64,000 nt of DNA, from the NCBI RefSeq assembly GCF_004010195.1, contig NC_057718.1, positions 62,604,311-62,668,310 on the forward strand, written 5' to 3'. Of the stretch, positions 50,681 to 63,018 are shown in pieces. Origin of the DNA: Chiloscyllium plagiosum. Its lineage: Eukaryota. The position numbers and the translations under genes are program-made. The notes under the pieces were generated by a model. The model was not told where the DNA came from, ran no database searches, and saw only the letters and a program-made list of their open reading frames with translations. The first letter of the stretch is position 1. Every line of letters starts with the position of its first letter.

Positions 50681-52259
50681 TATGGAATTCGATTAAAATA
50701 TGATTACTTCCTTTCTCCACAGAGGATTTGTTACAGTGAAATTACTGATTAACTATACCTTACTAGGTATACTAGGTCTAGAAGAGCTTCACAATGTATT
50801 GTTGAAGAAAACAGACTTCTTCTGTCAATTTAATTTGCCTATGTCAATATAAAGATCAAATTAATCTGTGATTATTTCATTGCCCAGTTACAAGCTCAAA
50901 ATATTTCTTGCTTAATGACCAATCCAGTAGTATAACAACTGTTAGTTATCCAAAAAGTGCTCCCACAGGGCTCTTTTCACACGGTAGTAGTGTCCTTCTC
51001 TTTTAAGCCTGAAGGCACAGGTTCAAGTCCCACTTGCTCCAGAGATATGTAATAATGTTGATTGGAAAATATCTATCAAGTGCTTCCAATGGTATTTCCA
51101 CACCCAACTATTTCTAACCTTCCCTCATGGTGATTCTATTGCCTGATCATCTGAGCGATAATCCTCTCTTAGTATTGTCCTTATGCCCTGACCTCTCTCT
51201 TTAGATTTATAAATTCCCATTCACCTGGCTCCACCTGCGTTTTTTTAGCTTTCATGCCTGGTCATACAATTCACTAGTGTACTGATCACAGACTGGTTTT
51301 GGTGGAGAGATTTCCTCAGTGCTCCATGATTCAACTACCTGTCTTTCCATACCTTCAGCCAGATGCTTACTTCTCCAATTTGCATGACTCAGTGCTGATT
51401 TGCACATAGATCAGATGATTCAGAGGTCCTGTTTATTGATTTAAAGCCAACATCCTGAAACTTGTTTCATAGGCACATTGTACTACATGGGCCTCAACAA
51501 TTAGATTATCCCCCCCCATCCCATTCTAAAGTCTGTATCAGTAGGCATGAAGAAAGGTCTTGAACTCTGACACTGTAAAAAAAGAGCAATTTTTTTTTGT
51601 CCCAGTTTTGGATACAAGGAAACAGATGTTTTGCAAAACTATACAGTACCCAATCACTACTCATTTTCTTTTACTACCTCAACTTCCTCCTCCACTGTTG
51701 TGCAAGCAAGAGGTTTTCCAATTCACTCTGTAGTCCTTGTTCTCATCCACAAAGGTAGAAAGTACATCATATCTGTTGTTTTCCTTGTTCCAGTCTTGAT
51801 TCAGATATAAGCACAATAGTTTTGATCTGTCTCTAGATGAGTAATGCAGAACTAATGTTGTGGGGTCATGGGCTTGAATTGACAATGGCAGATGGTGAAA
51901 TTTGAATTCAATAAAATCTAGAATTAAAAGTTAGCCTAAAGATGACCGGGTAGCCATTTATGATTGTCATAAAGACTCCATCTGGTTCATAAATATCCTT
52001 TAGGAAAAGAAATCTACCATTTATATCTGGTCTGGCCTACATGGTGACTTCAAACACACAATAATGTGATTCACACTTAATTGCTTCTGAAATAGCCTAG
52101 CAAACCATTGGCTGTATCAAACCTCTATACTGTAAAGTATAACTAAAAGAATAAATCACCTGGCATCCACCTTCGCAATAGAAATGATAATGGCAAACTT
52201 CTCCTTACCAATATCTGGGGCTTGTGTCAAAATTGGGACAGCTATCCCAGAGACTAATG

Positions 52260-52874
52260 TGTTGTGGACCAGACTAGACCCCCTCACAATAGTTTAAGAT
52301 AACCTAAATCCTAACTTCTTATTTTAAAGGTGGTTATGAAGTGCTTGTTCCAGGTCTGATGCAAACTGGTTAAGCAAAACACAAGTTATTTAAACACTAT
52401 AGTTAAAATACAACCAAAAGAAAGAGGAATTTAGAATAACCTACAGGTAGAAAACTTAACCGAATAATAGACTCAGTATCTATTACTAATCGACTGTTCC
52501 AATATAGTAACATCCTGGAAACATCCCTTGGTAAAAAGGTAAATGCAGACACAGATTCTTACATGCAGTTTCTGAATCCAGGAGGAAACAACTACATGAG
52601 AGATTTCAGAGAAAGTCACAGTTAGGAATCATTTGCAGAAGTTTGAAAACCCTTCTGGGACCCAACCAGTTTTTACTGCTACAGTTTAAAAAAAACTAGA
52701 AAGCCTGATCTGGGAGAACTGGCCACTCCCCTTCCATTGTTACACCTGTTTTGAAAAAAACCTAATGTATTGACTAAGGTCACCTTCAGTATACACTTGG
52801 TCACCTCTGCTTTTAAACCTCTCTTCAAAAAACCCAGGACAAAATAACCTTTTTAGAGTGACAGCATTGTCACA
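52260..52874 (-). mobile_element. Solo LTR (Gypsy-type) inserted in an older LINE
   Basis: Minus strand tgtgacaatgc...ggtccacaaca; flanks aatg/catg. Confidence 0.78.
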
Positions 52875-53654
52875 CATGCAACAGCTTGGTATGATCATAT
52901 GCATAGAATCATACCATGAAATATTCCAGGAACCACCCTCAACATCCTTGGGTATGTTCTGTCCCACCAGCAGGTCAGACCTACCAGAGGTAGCAGCACA
53001 GTGATGTACAGTCTATACCACCTGTATAGTTTATACAGTGCTATATCATTTATCATCTTCCCATCTCAGCTGATAAATCAGAAAGTACTGTTTCATATAG
53101 AACACCACCTAAAGGAATAACTCAGGGTGCCAGGGATACAGACAATACTCTGTGAGGGCTCTTTAACACCTATCATCAAGAGTGGCTTGAAAGCACTACT
53201 GAGTTGAATCACCACTCACTCACTGATTTGGCCAAGTCGTAAAGGACACAGCTGCTAGACAGTGTCTGCAATATGTGGTGAGGGAACCAGTAAAAGAGAA
53301 AAGTCTACTTGACCCCATTCTCACCAGGCTACCTGTCAGAGATACATTAATTCTATGACAGCATTAGTAGAATTGACCACTGCACAATGTCATGGACACA
53401 AAAGTTCAATTTTTGCATTGAGGATACCATCCATCAAATTGTGTGGCACAATGACTGTGCGAAATGGGGCAGGCTTTGAACACATTTAACAATACAAAAC
53501 TGGAGTCCTTGATGTTCTATGGGCCATCACCAGGACAGAAATGTATTCAACCTCAATCTGCCACCTCATGGCTCAGTGTATCCCCACCTCTGTCATGAAC
53601 ATTGAGCTACGGGATCAATCCTAGTTAAATGGAGAGCTGAGGGGGCATGCCAGA

Positions 53655-54237
53655 ACCATAAGACCAGAAGATACAGGAGCAGAATTAGGCCATTCAGTCC
53701 ATCAAATCTGCCCTGCCATTCATTCATGGCTGATATGTTCCTCAACCCCAATCTCCTGCCTTCTTCCTATAACATTGAACTCCTAGCTAATCAAGAGCCT
53801 ATTTGTCTCTGTCTTAAATACACTTAATGAATTGGCCTCTACAGCTCTCTCCATTTTGAAAATAGTCTATGCCTCTATTGCTCATACTTTGCTACATTGT
53901 ATTCCATCTGCCACTTCTTTCCCCACTCACTTGGCATGTCCAAATCCTGCAACCACCCACACCCCCAGTTTTCTCATCACTATCTATCCTTCCGCATATC
54001 TTTGTGTCATCTGCAAACATAGCAACAATGCCCTCCATTCCCTCATTCAGATCGTTAATGTGAATAGTTATGGTCCCAACACTGGCCTCTGTGGAACTCC
54101 ACTAGTCACTGGCTCCCATTCTAAAAAAAACTCATTTATCCCTGCTCTCTGCCTTCTGTCAGTTAGCCAATCCTCTATCCAAACCAGGACGTTGACGGAA
54201 CACCATAGGCTGTTAGCTAATTTGATAGCCTCTGTGT
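53655..54237 (-). mobile_element. CR1 fragment with internal deletions
   Basis: WIEDWLTDRRQR...VTSGVPQ; cataaga tail. Confidence 0.8.
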
Positions 54238-54335
54238 GGCTGAAAATGTGTTGCTGGAAAATGTGTTGCAGCAGGTCAGGCAGCATCCAAGGAGCAGAAG
54301 AATCGACATTTCGGGCATGAGCCCTTCTTCAGGAA
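54238..54335 (-). mobile_element. Penelope pLTR fragment with hammerhead core at 54305-54332
   Basis: CUGAAGA-A-GGGC-UCAU-GCCC-GAAA-UGUC; same family as 10630-10824. Confidence 0.82.
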
Positions 54336-54575
54336 ATTTACCATGTGGATAATTCACCCAGCCTGAACACCCCTGGATACAACAGGATAATTGAGCACGG
54401 CCAATCCACCTAACATGCACATCTTTGGATGTGGGAGGAAACTGGAACACCCAGTGGAAACCCATGCAGACGCAGGGAACATGCAAGCCCCACACAGTCA
54501 CCCAAGGCTAGATTCTAACCTGGGTTCCTGGCACTGAGAGACAGCAGTGCTAACCACTGTGCCACCATGCTGCCC
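54336..54575 (-). mobile_element. Older HE1-type SINE, 3' end replaced by the PLE fragment
   Basis: SINE head at 54575 and core recognisable. Confidence 0.85.
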
Positions 54576-55040
54576 AATCCACAGCCTTATTTGTATGCTG
54601 TATGCATTTACGTACAACACCCTCAGTCTTGCATTGGCTGTCCTTCTCATTGTTGTTCCCTTATCTGCTGTGCCTGAAGTTGGATTCCTTACCCTTTCTG
54701 TACTCTATGTCCTATTACTTATTCTGGAAACTTTAACCTCTGCTGAGTCCTCTTTTCCCCACAAAACTCTTTCCAGAATTTTCCATGCAATTGAACCAAA
54801 CCACACCACCCCAACTATTTTATTTAAAGTCCTATTCACAGCCTTAGTTAAGTGATCCTCCAGAACATTGGTCTCAACATAATTCAGGCGGGGCCTGTCC
54901 CATTGGAACAGCTCCCTCCCTCCCCATTATTGGTTCCAATACCCCATTAATTTGAACACGTTTCTCCCAGACCAATCTTTGAGTCACATGTTTACCTCTT
55001 TAATTTGTTGACCCTGTGTTAATTTGTTTGGGACTCAGGT

Positions 55041-55249
55041 ATTAGATTAGATTAGATTACATTACATTACATTACATTACGTGTGGAAACAGGCCCTTCA
55101 GCCCAACAAGTCCACACTGACCCGCCGAAGCGCAACCCACCCATATCCCTACATTTACCCCTTACCTAACACTACGGGCAATTTAGCATGGCCAATTCAC
55201 CTGGCCTGTGTGAGGCAGCAGTGCTAACCACTGTGCCACCGTGCTGCCC
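55041..55249 (-). mobile_element. HE1-type SINE with internal deletion
   Basis: Head and tail match 7757-8077; central part missing at about 55208. Confidence 0.9.
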
Positions 55250-55274
55250 ATAAATTGAAAATCGTTGATAACAA

Positions 55275-55356
55275 CGACGAGAGTGGGACTCGAGCCCACG
55301 CGCGTAGAACACAATGGATTAGCAATCCATCGCCTTAACCTCTCAGCCACCTCGTC
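55275..55356 (-). tRNA. tRNA-Ser (anticodon GCU), divergent, possibly a pseudogene
   Basis: 82-nt cloverleaf GACGAGGTGG...TTGCTAA...CTCGTCG with long variable arm. T-loop CTCGAGT instead of TTCGAAT. No encoded CCA; T4 about 13 nt downstream. Confidence 0.88.
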
Positions 55357-57015
55357 ACATACTAATCCCACTTCAGAGATTGTTAATAGGAGCAGCACCA
55401 GGCATACCTAAAAGTGACATAACTATCCAGTGAATTGACAACACGGAATTACTGCATGCTAATCAGCAGTAGCAACATGCAATAGAGAGGACTAAGGAAA
55501 CCCAGAATCAACCAGAAAGAATTCATTCTGAGTTCAAGATGACAGTGGCATAGGGCTGCTGAGCTCAGAACTCATCCTCTCAATCTACTTTTGTTTTATT
55601 TCTTCCTTCTCTTTTTCCTTTTATTCTCTTTGACTTTTTACTTTACCCATTACTGTGAAGAATTCAAACAGCATCAGCAGTGACAAGTTATCCCAGACCT
55701 GTGGCAGAAGAGAGCAAGGGAGAGTGAGCCCAGCGTGGGGAGAGTGAGCCCTTATGTACTTTACCAGGGTGAGTATAGAACCCTAAATCATTGGCTGCTG
55801 CATCAGTGGAGCTGACGTCAATAAGATGGGCCCAATGGCAAAGATGGCACTGGAGGATCAACGGTTTTGTTGGTTAGGTCTGGTGGTGGCGGAAGGGCAT
55901 CACAGTGACTTTGACAAGGTGGATTGCAACGAGAGACTAGACTTTGATGTTGGTGTGTCCAGCACAGTCAGCGGCAAGGCAGTGGCAGCAGTGAATTGGC
56001 ACAGCAGTGAAAGATGGCTCTTGAGGATCAGCAACTTCGACAGTAGTTGAGTCTGGTGACTCAGAACCCAAATGTAGATGGATTTCTTTTTAAGCTATTT
56101 CTTTTCATTTTCCTCTAATTCTTAAAGCTGTCAAAATGGAGCTGCATTCTGGCTACAAATGAAAACAGAACAGAGCCAATGGGTTCTGAACAAGGGGACA
56201 ATTGATTGACTCCTGATTAGGTGGCCATTAGGGACCAATGGAACCCTGCGAAGTGAAACATCAAGAAGCTCTCTGTGCCTTTGCTTTTGTGTGGAGGTAT
56301 CAGAAAGTCTCCAGTAACACCAACTGGCTTCCTCTCAGCTTTCACTGAACTAGAAATAAAACACTTTCAGAGATATTGAATGAATGAATTTTTGATCAGT
56401 GAGTGACAGACCGAGCACAAATGTGCAAACTCCTTTAGGTCAACTTTGAAGAATTAGAAGGAAGCAAAAGAAAACATCAAATCCTGTGATCCAGAATTGG
56501 TGCTATCCAACTGTGTTTCCCAATGGTTTTCTTTTCTGCCTTAATATCCATGTTTTGTCTGTCTTTGAGAGTCTGTCTTTTGTCAACAGTGGGCCTGAAG
56601 GGAGGGGGTATGTATGATGGCATAGAGATTATAGAATTATAAATGAGCCATTGTATTCTTTTTTGCCATTTGTTAAAAACACTTTGTTCACAGCAGTTAT
56701 TTTCTCATTAAGAACATGCTGAGTGTTTTCTTTTAACTTGAGTTTGTCAATCAGATATGTTAAATGTTTGGATAGGTTGACTAAATCTTTTTCACATCTG
56801 TGATGACTCCAAAATAGTGAGCCTTGATAAGTGATGGAAGCAGTTGTTGACAGTGTTATCAAGCAATATTTGGAAATGAATAGCCTGCTCATTGCGGCTT
56901 AGTTTGGGTTCTACAAGGGTCACTCATCTTCTGATCTCATTATGGCCTTGTTCCAATCTTGGGAATGACTTTAAGGAGTCCTAGAAAAACTGGAGTATAT
57001 TAGAATTGGGGGAGG

Positions 57016-57360
57016 GGATGAGGTGGTGGTTAAGTGTTAACATACTGGATTAGTAATCCTTAGCTCCACATTAATATTCTGGGCACATGGGTTTGAATTC
57101 CACCAGGGCAGATGTTGAAATCTCAGTAAAAATCTGGAATAAAAAATTAGCCAATGATGACTATCTTTCAACAGCTGACTGTTGTAAAACTCCATCTGGT
57201 TCATTAATGTCCTTTAGGGAGGGAAGCTGCCATCCTTACCTGGTCTGGCCTACATATTGCTTCAGATCCAAAGTAATATGATTGAATTTTAACCAGGGAT
57301 TATACTTGAGCAATAAATGCTGGCCTAGCCAGCAACACCCTCATCCTGTGAACAAATTTT
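57016..57360 (+). mobile_element. Second tRNA-derived SINE family within older LINE debris
   Basis: B-box-like ggtttgaattcc; core ccatctggttca...cctttagg shared with 51830-52130. Confidence 0.55.
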
Positions 57361-57924
57361 TAAAATCTTGGGAAAACTCTGTGCAGCTTGGTGTAATACT
57401 TAGCATCACTGCAGGAGCACCTCAGGCCCAACCTTTTCAGGTAGTTCATCAATGAACTTCACTCCATCATAAGGTCAGAGCAAGATGTTCAGTAATGATT
57501 GCACAATGTTCAGCATACTTCAGATATTGAAAAACTCTGTGTCTGTGCACTGCCAGGATTAGCCTAATAAGTAGCAGGTAGTGTTTGTGTCACATAAGCG
57601 CCAGATAATGGCCACCTCCAACAAAACAAAATCTAAGCATCAACCTTTGATATTCAGCGTCAATCCCATTGCTGAGTCCTCCACTACCACCATCCTGAAG
57701 GTTACCATTGACCATAAGCTAGCCATATAAATATTGGAAAAGCAGGCCAGAGACTAGGGATTTTGTGGCATGGACCTTACCTGTCTCCCTAATCCTGTCC
57801 ACCATCTATAAGGTACAAGTCAGGAAAGAGTTTGTTGGAATATTTTCTACTCTGCTGAATCCAGCTCCAACAACACTCAATAAACCATCCAAGACAAAGC
57901 AGCCCATTTGATAGGCACCTGATC

Positions 57925-59715
57925 CAAGGCATTCTATACATACATTAAAAACAAAAGGATAACTCCGGAGAAGATAGGACCGCTCAAGGATAATGGAGGG
58001 AACTTGTGCTTGGAGGCAGTGGTTGGGTGTGAGATCCTAAATGAGTATTTTGCATTAGTATTTACCCAGGAGAAGGATTTGGAGGATGATGATATTAGTG
58101 TGGAGCATGGTAATATGCTAGAGCATTTTGAGATCAAGAAAGAAGTGATGTTGGGTCTCTTGAAGAGCATTAAGTCACCAGGGTCCAATGGTATCTAACC
58201 CAGGTTATTGAGAGAAGCAAGATCGGAGATTGCTGGGGCCTTGATCAAGATCTTTGTATCCTCGCTAACCAGTGGAAAGGTCCCGGAGGACTGGTGAGTA
58301 GCTAATGTTGTCCCTCTGTTCAAGAAGGGAAATAGAGATAATCCAGGAAATTATAGACCAGTGAGGCTCATATTAGTGGTCGGGAATCTATTGAGAGAAT
58401 TATTAGGGATAGGATTATGTGCATCTGGAAAAGTATGACCTAATTAGGGACAGTCAGCGTGGCTTTGTGCAGGGCAGGTCATGTCTTACTAACTTGATTG
58501 AATTTTTCAAGGAGATGATGAAGGTGATCAATAAGGGTAGAGCAGTAGATGTTGTCTACATGGATTTTAGTAAGACTTCTGACAAGGTACTTCATGGTAG
58601 GCTCATACAGAAGATCAAGATTTGTGTGATCCATGGTCAGTTGGTCACTTGAATCCAGAATTGGCTTGCCAGTAGAAGGCAGAAAGTGATGGTGGAGGGT
58701 TTTGTTTTGACTAATAGTGTTCCATAGGGATCTGTACTGGGATCTCTGCTGTTTGTGATATATATTGAAATGACTTGGAATGAAAATGTAGATGGGTGGA
58801 TTAGTAAGTTGCAGACATCATAAAGATAGGTGCTGTGGTGGATATTGTAGAAGGTTGTCAAAGGATACAACGGGATATAGACCATTTGCAGATATGTGTA
58901 AAGAAATGGCAGACGGAGTTTAATCTAACTAAGTGTGAAGTGCTGCACTTTGGGAGATCAAATGTTAAGAAAAAGCATATGGTTAATGGCAGGACACTGA
59001 ACAGCGTTGATGTACAGAGGGATCTTGGGGTTCAAGTCTGCAGCTCCCTGAAAGTGGCCACACAAGTAGATAGGGTGGTAATGAAGGCATATGGCATGTT
59101 TGTCTGTATTGGTCAGGGAATTGAGTACAAGAGTCAGATGTCATGTTGCATCTTTCTAAGACTTTAGTTAGGTCCACAAAAACGTATTGAAATCAGTTCT
59201 GGTCAACACATTACAGGAAGGATGTGGAGGCTTTGGAGAGGGTGCAGAGGATGTTTATGGGGATGCTGCCTGAATTAGAAGGTATGAACGATAAGGAGAG
59301 GATATAAAAACTCAGTTCGTTTTATCTGGATTGGCAGAAGCTGAGGGAAGACTTGATAGAGGTCTATAAAATTGAGATGCTTAGATAAATTTGACAGAAT
59401 CTTTTTCCCCAGAGTTGAAATGTCTAAAAACTAGGGGCGTACGTTTAAGGTGAGAGAGTCAAATTTCAGAGGCGATGTGAGGAGCAAGATTTTTACACAG
59501 AGAGTGGGAGTCTGGAGCATGCTGCCAGGGCTGGTGGTGGAAGCAGATATGATAGTGGCATTTAAGGGACTTTTAGAAGAGCACATAAATATGCAAAGAA
59601 TGAAGAGATATGGACCAAGCGCAGGCAGAAGGGATTGGTTTAATTGACAGCATGTTTGGCACAATATTGTGGTCTGAAGGGCCCATTCCTTTGCTGTCCT
59701 GTTCCTTGTTCTAAG
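57925..59715 (+). mobile_element. CR1 LINE, 5'-truncated
   Basis: ILNEYFALVFT, SQRGFVQGRSCLTNL, KCEVLHFG, FTQRV. Confidence 0.92.
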
Positions 59716-60198
59716 ACATTTAACATTCACTCCCTTCACTACTGATACACTGTGGCAACAATGTGTACCATCTACAAAATTCACTGTTGTAACCCACTAA
59801 GACTCCTCTGACTGCATCTCCCAAAATCATGGCATCCACCACAAGGGCAGCAGATGCAGTGGAATCTGTATACCATCTGTAAAGTCCCCTCCAAGTCACA
59901 CAGCATCCTATATCAGAATTATATTGCAATTTCTTCACTGTTTCTGGAGCAAAGTTTTGACAATCCCTTTCTACCAGTACTGTAAGTGCCTCTAAATACC
60001 AAAGACTGCAGTGATTCAAGAAAGCAGCTCACCACCATCTTCTCCATAATAATTAGTGATGAAAAATAATGCTGGCCTCGGCTGAAAAGGCCACACCTCA
60101 TGAACACATAAAATTATCTTTCTGTTCCACTGTCTACTTCTATTTGAACTTTAATTTACTAAGTCCCAAGATGCTTGCTTACCTCAATAAATACTCAC

Positions 60199-60220
60199 TT
60201 GGATGTACAGAACTTGAATT
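60199..60220 (-). CDS. Candidate 22-nt microexon (possibly gene B)
   Basis: tcttctcttcaacag|AATTCAAGTTCTGTACATCCAA|gtgagt, with a second donor GAG|gtaagc 16 nt further on. Confidence 0.4.
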
Positions 60221-60745
60221 CTGTTGAAGAGAAGACATGTTAAAGGTTTTCATCAACACAAATGTCACATTTCAAACAATAACAATTTATGCCACAGAAG
60301 AAAAGGGAGCTATCTGATTGGCAAGTGGACACTGGAGAATGCAACAGGTAACTAACTATAAGCTCTCTGAGTATAGTTCTATCTAAGTTGCGTAGCCATG
60401 AAGCAGCTCAGAGGGTCCACACTTTCTGATTGATGTGCAGGCACATTGATTTCCAGAGCCAGAAATCACTGCCATGCACACGTGTTTGAAAGAGGTTTGC
60501 CATCAATTCACATCTTTATTTATAAAATGTCAAGGGTTCTGTATGTCTAATTAATTATTTCATCAACCTGCAACCTTCAATGATCATGTATATAATTCTA
60601 CAATCCCACTCTTCTTGCACCTCATTTAAGTTTGTATTATTTAATTAATATTGCCAATCATTTTTTTTTACTGAAATGTGTCAAATTATAATTCTCTATG
60701 TTAAATTTCATCTGCTACATGTGTGCCTATTCCACAAGTTTGATT

Positions 60746-60832
60746 TTAGATTAGATTACAGTGTGGAAACAGGCCCTTCGGCCCAACAAGTCCACACCGA
60801 CCGTGCCGCCCACTGTGCCACCGTGCCGCCCA
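60746..60832 (-). mobile_element. Collapsed HE1 SINE (tail joined to a duplicated head)
   Basis: ccgtgccgcccac occurs twice directly after the tail segment. Confidence 0.8.
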
Positions 60833-62035
60833 CCATTTGCCTTTAGGATCCATCAACATACCTCTCATTATTCACTGCAAGTTTTATGTCAACTATAAAT
60901 TTTGAAATTGTGGTCTGCATATCTAAGCTTACAACGCAAATGCATATGCAGAAAAGCGGTTGGTGACATCTGAGACATGCGATCATATGTTGTCCTCCAG
61001 TGGAGGATAACTGTTCATCACCACAGGTTTATAAGAATGATACCTTGATTTCAGAAGTTAACAAAGTGATTACACAACAGAAGAGATTACACAAATTATG
61101 TTTTTTCTCTCTAGAATTTAGAAGGTTAAGGGGTGATCTGATTGAAGTCCAAGATATTAACAGGAAAAGATAGGATAAATTATTTCTACTGGTTGGAGAT
61201 TCTAGAACGAGGGGAAATAGTTTGAGAATTAGGGACAGAGCATTTGGGAGAGATGTTAGAAAGCACTTTCTACATACAAAGAATGGTAAATATTTAGAAC
61301 TTTCTTCCACAAATGGTAGTGTATGCTTTTAAATCTGAGATAGATAATTGTTTGTTAAGCAAAGGAATGGGCTAAAAGCAGGTATATGGAGCTAGGCCAC
61401 AGATCAGCCAAGAGGACACCAAGCAGACCTGGATGGATTTCACAGAGGACATCAGCAGATGTGTGATTGACCTTAGTACCTGACCACTGTGTTGCAAAGG
61501 AGTGAATGGCATTGTTCATTTAGCCAATTTGAAGTATCCTTCAGCTCACTTCCCTGAGGGGCATAAATGTTGCAATGTATAAGGGCAACTTTGGTGGAGA
61601 GAGAAAGCTCAACCAATCAGTTGAAAATGTACAAGGCAACAGAAGATCCTGTCAGAAGCAAGGCTGCACTCTGACACTGGACACTTGTTTGTCTGTATTG
61701 ACTGTGGCACGGTCATTCCAGAGTAGCTACATTCAGAATGCATTTGAGTGCTCCTATCATGGGCAGCTAGGCTGCCACCACTTTAGGTATTTTGTTGGGT
61801 GATTAATATTCAATTTTGTGCCGACAGGAAAACGTGAAGGGATGAACCCAGAAACCCTTCCACATTATCTTGACACCTATGGCAGCATGCCAGTCATTCC
61901 ATTCTGGATTATGTCACAGGGAGCTAAATAACCTCATGGATGGATACAAGTTAGCCTTTGATGAGAAGTCTAGATGTGCAGAATCTTTAAATGAGCCTCA
62001 ATGGATTAATGTGCTGCAGAATTGGAGAACCTACA

Positions 62036-62470
62036 CATAGAGTCATACTGCATGGAAACAAACCATTCAGTCCAACACATCCATGCCAGCCAGACATCCC
62101 AAACTGATTTAGTCCTACTTGCCAGCTCTTGGCCCATATCCCTCCAAACCCTTCCTATTTATATACCAATCCAGATGCCTTTTAAATGTTATATTTGTAC
62201 CAACCTCCACCACTTCCTCTGGCCGCTTATTCCATACACACTGTGTGAAAAGGTTGCCCCTTAGGTCCTTTTTAAGTCTTTCCCCTCTCACCTTAAAACT
62301 ATGCCCTCTAGTTTTGGACTCCACCACCCGAGGAAAAAGACCTTGGCTATTCACCCTATCCATGCCCCTCATGATTTTATAAATCTCTATAAGGTCACAC
62401 CTCAGTCTCTGACACTGCAGGGAAGAAAAGCCCCAGCCTATTCACCTTCTCCCTCTAGGTCAAACCTCAA
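62036..62470 (-). mobile_element. CR1/HER1-type 3' fragment
   Basis: MRGMDRV...TRGHSFKVRGE...NLFTQ. Confidence 0.85.
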
Positions 62471-63018
62471 GTCCCATTTTCAGTAGATACCTGAAAACAA
62501 CCAAAGGCGTAGAAGCTTAGCTCCATGGTGACCTTCAGTTCACTGAGTGGCCATCTGCTTATCTGTCACCACAGCACACAGTGTGATGGCAGACACCCAG
62601 AACAGGCATAGTCTTCAGTGACATTGCCGTTCACTTATCTGAGGAGTCTTCATCTTTTGATTGTTTTTCATCCTCAAGACAGTAGCCCTTACCTGTAGGC
62701 TAGTTCCTTCTGTACACAGGAGGCTGCTCATGTTTTCCTCTGCCCTTTTTCTTCCTGCCCTTCCTGAGGGTGATGTTCCAATTGTCCATGTTGCTGCTAT
62801 CCCTCAACCTGGTTGGTGAAGCTATCTTCCTCTCTGCTATACTCCTCAGTAGAGCCTCCCTTTCCAGGAGCACAATGACCATAGCAGTTGGAAACACAGC
62901 CAACTGTTTCTTAACCAGAAAACGCCTTCATTCTACCTACACTTTCTTCCTCCCCTTTTATAATGTGCAGAAATCCAGTTCTCAGGTAGCACTCTAGCAA
63001 CACATCCCTCCGTTCTGG

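Noticed and set aside
51679..51885. 68-aa ORF as a host exon
   Set aside because: NRYDVL followed by a GDSIV-like region is typical of decayed CR1 ORF1.
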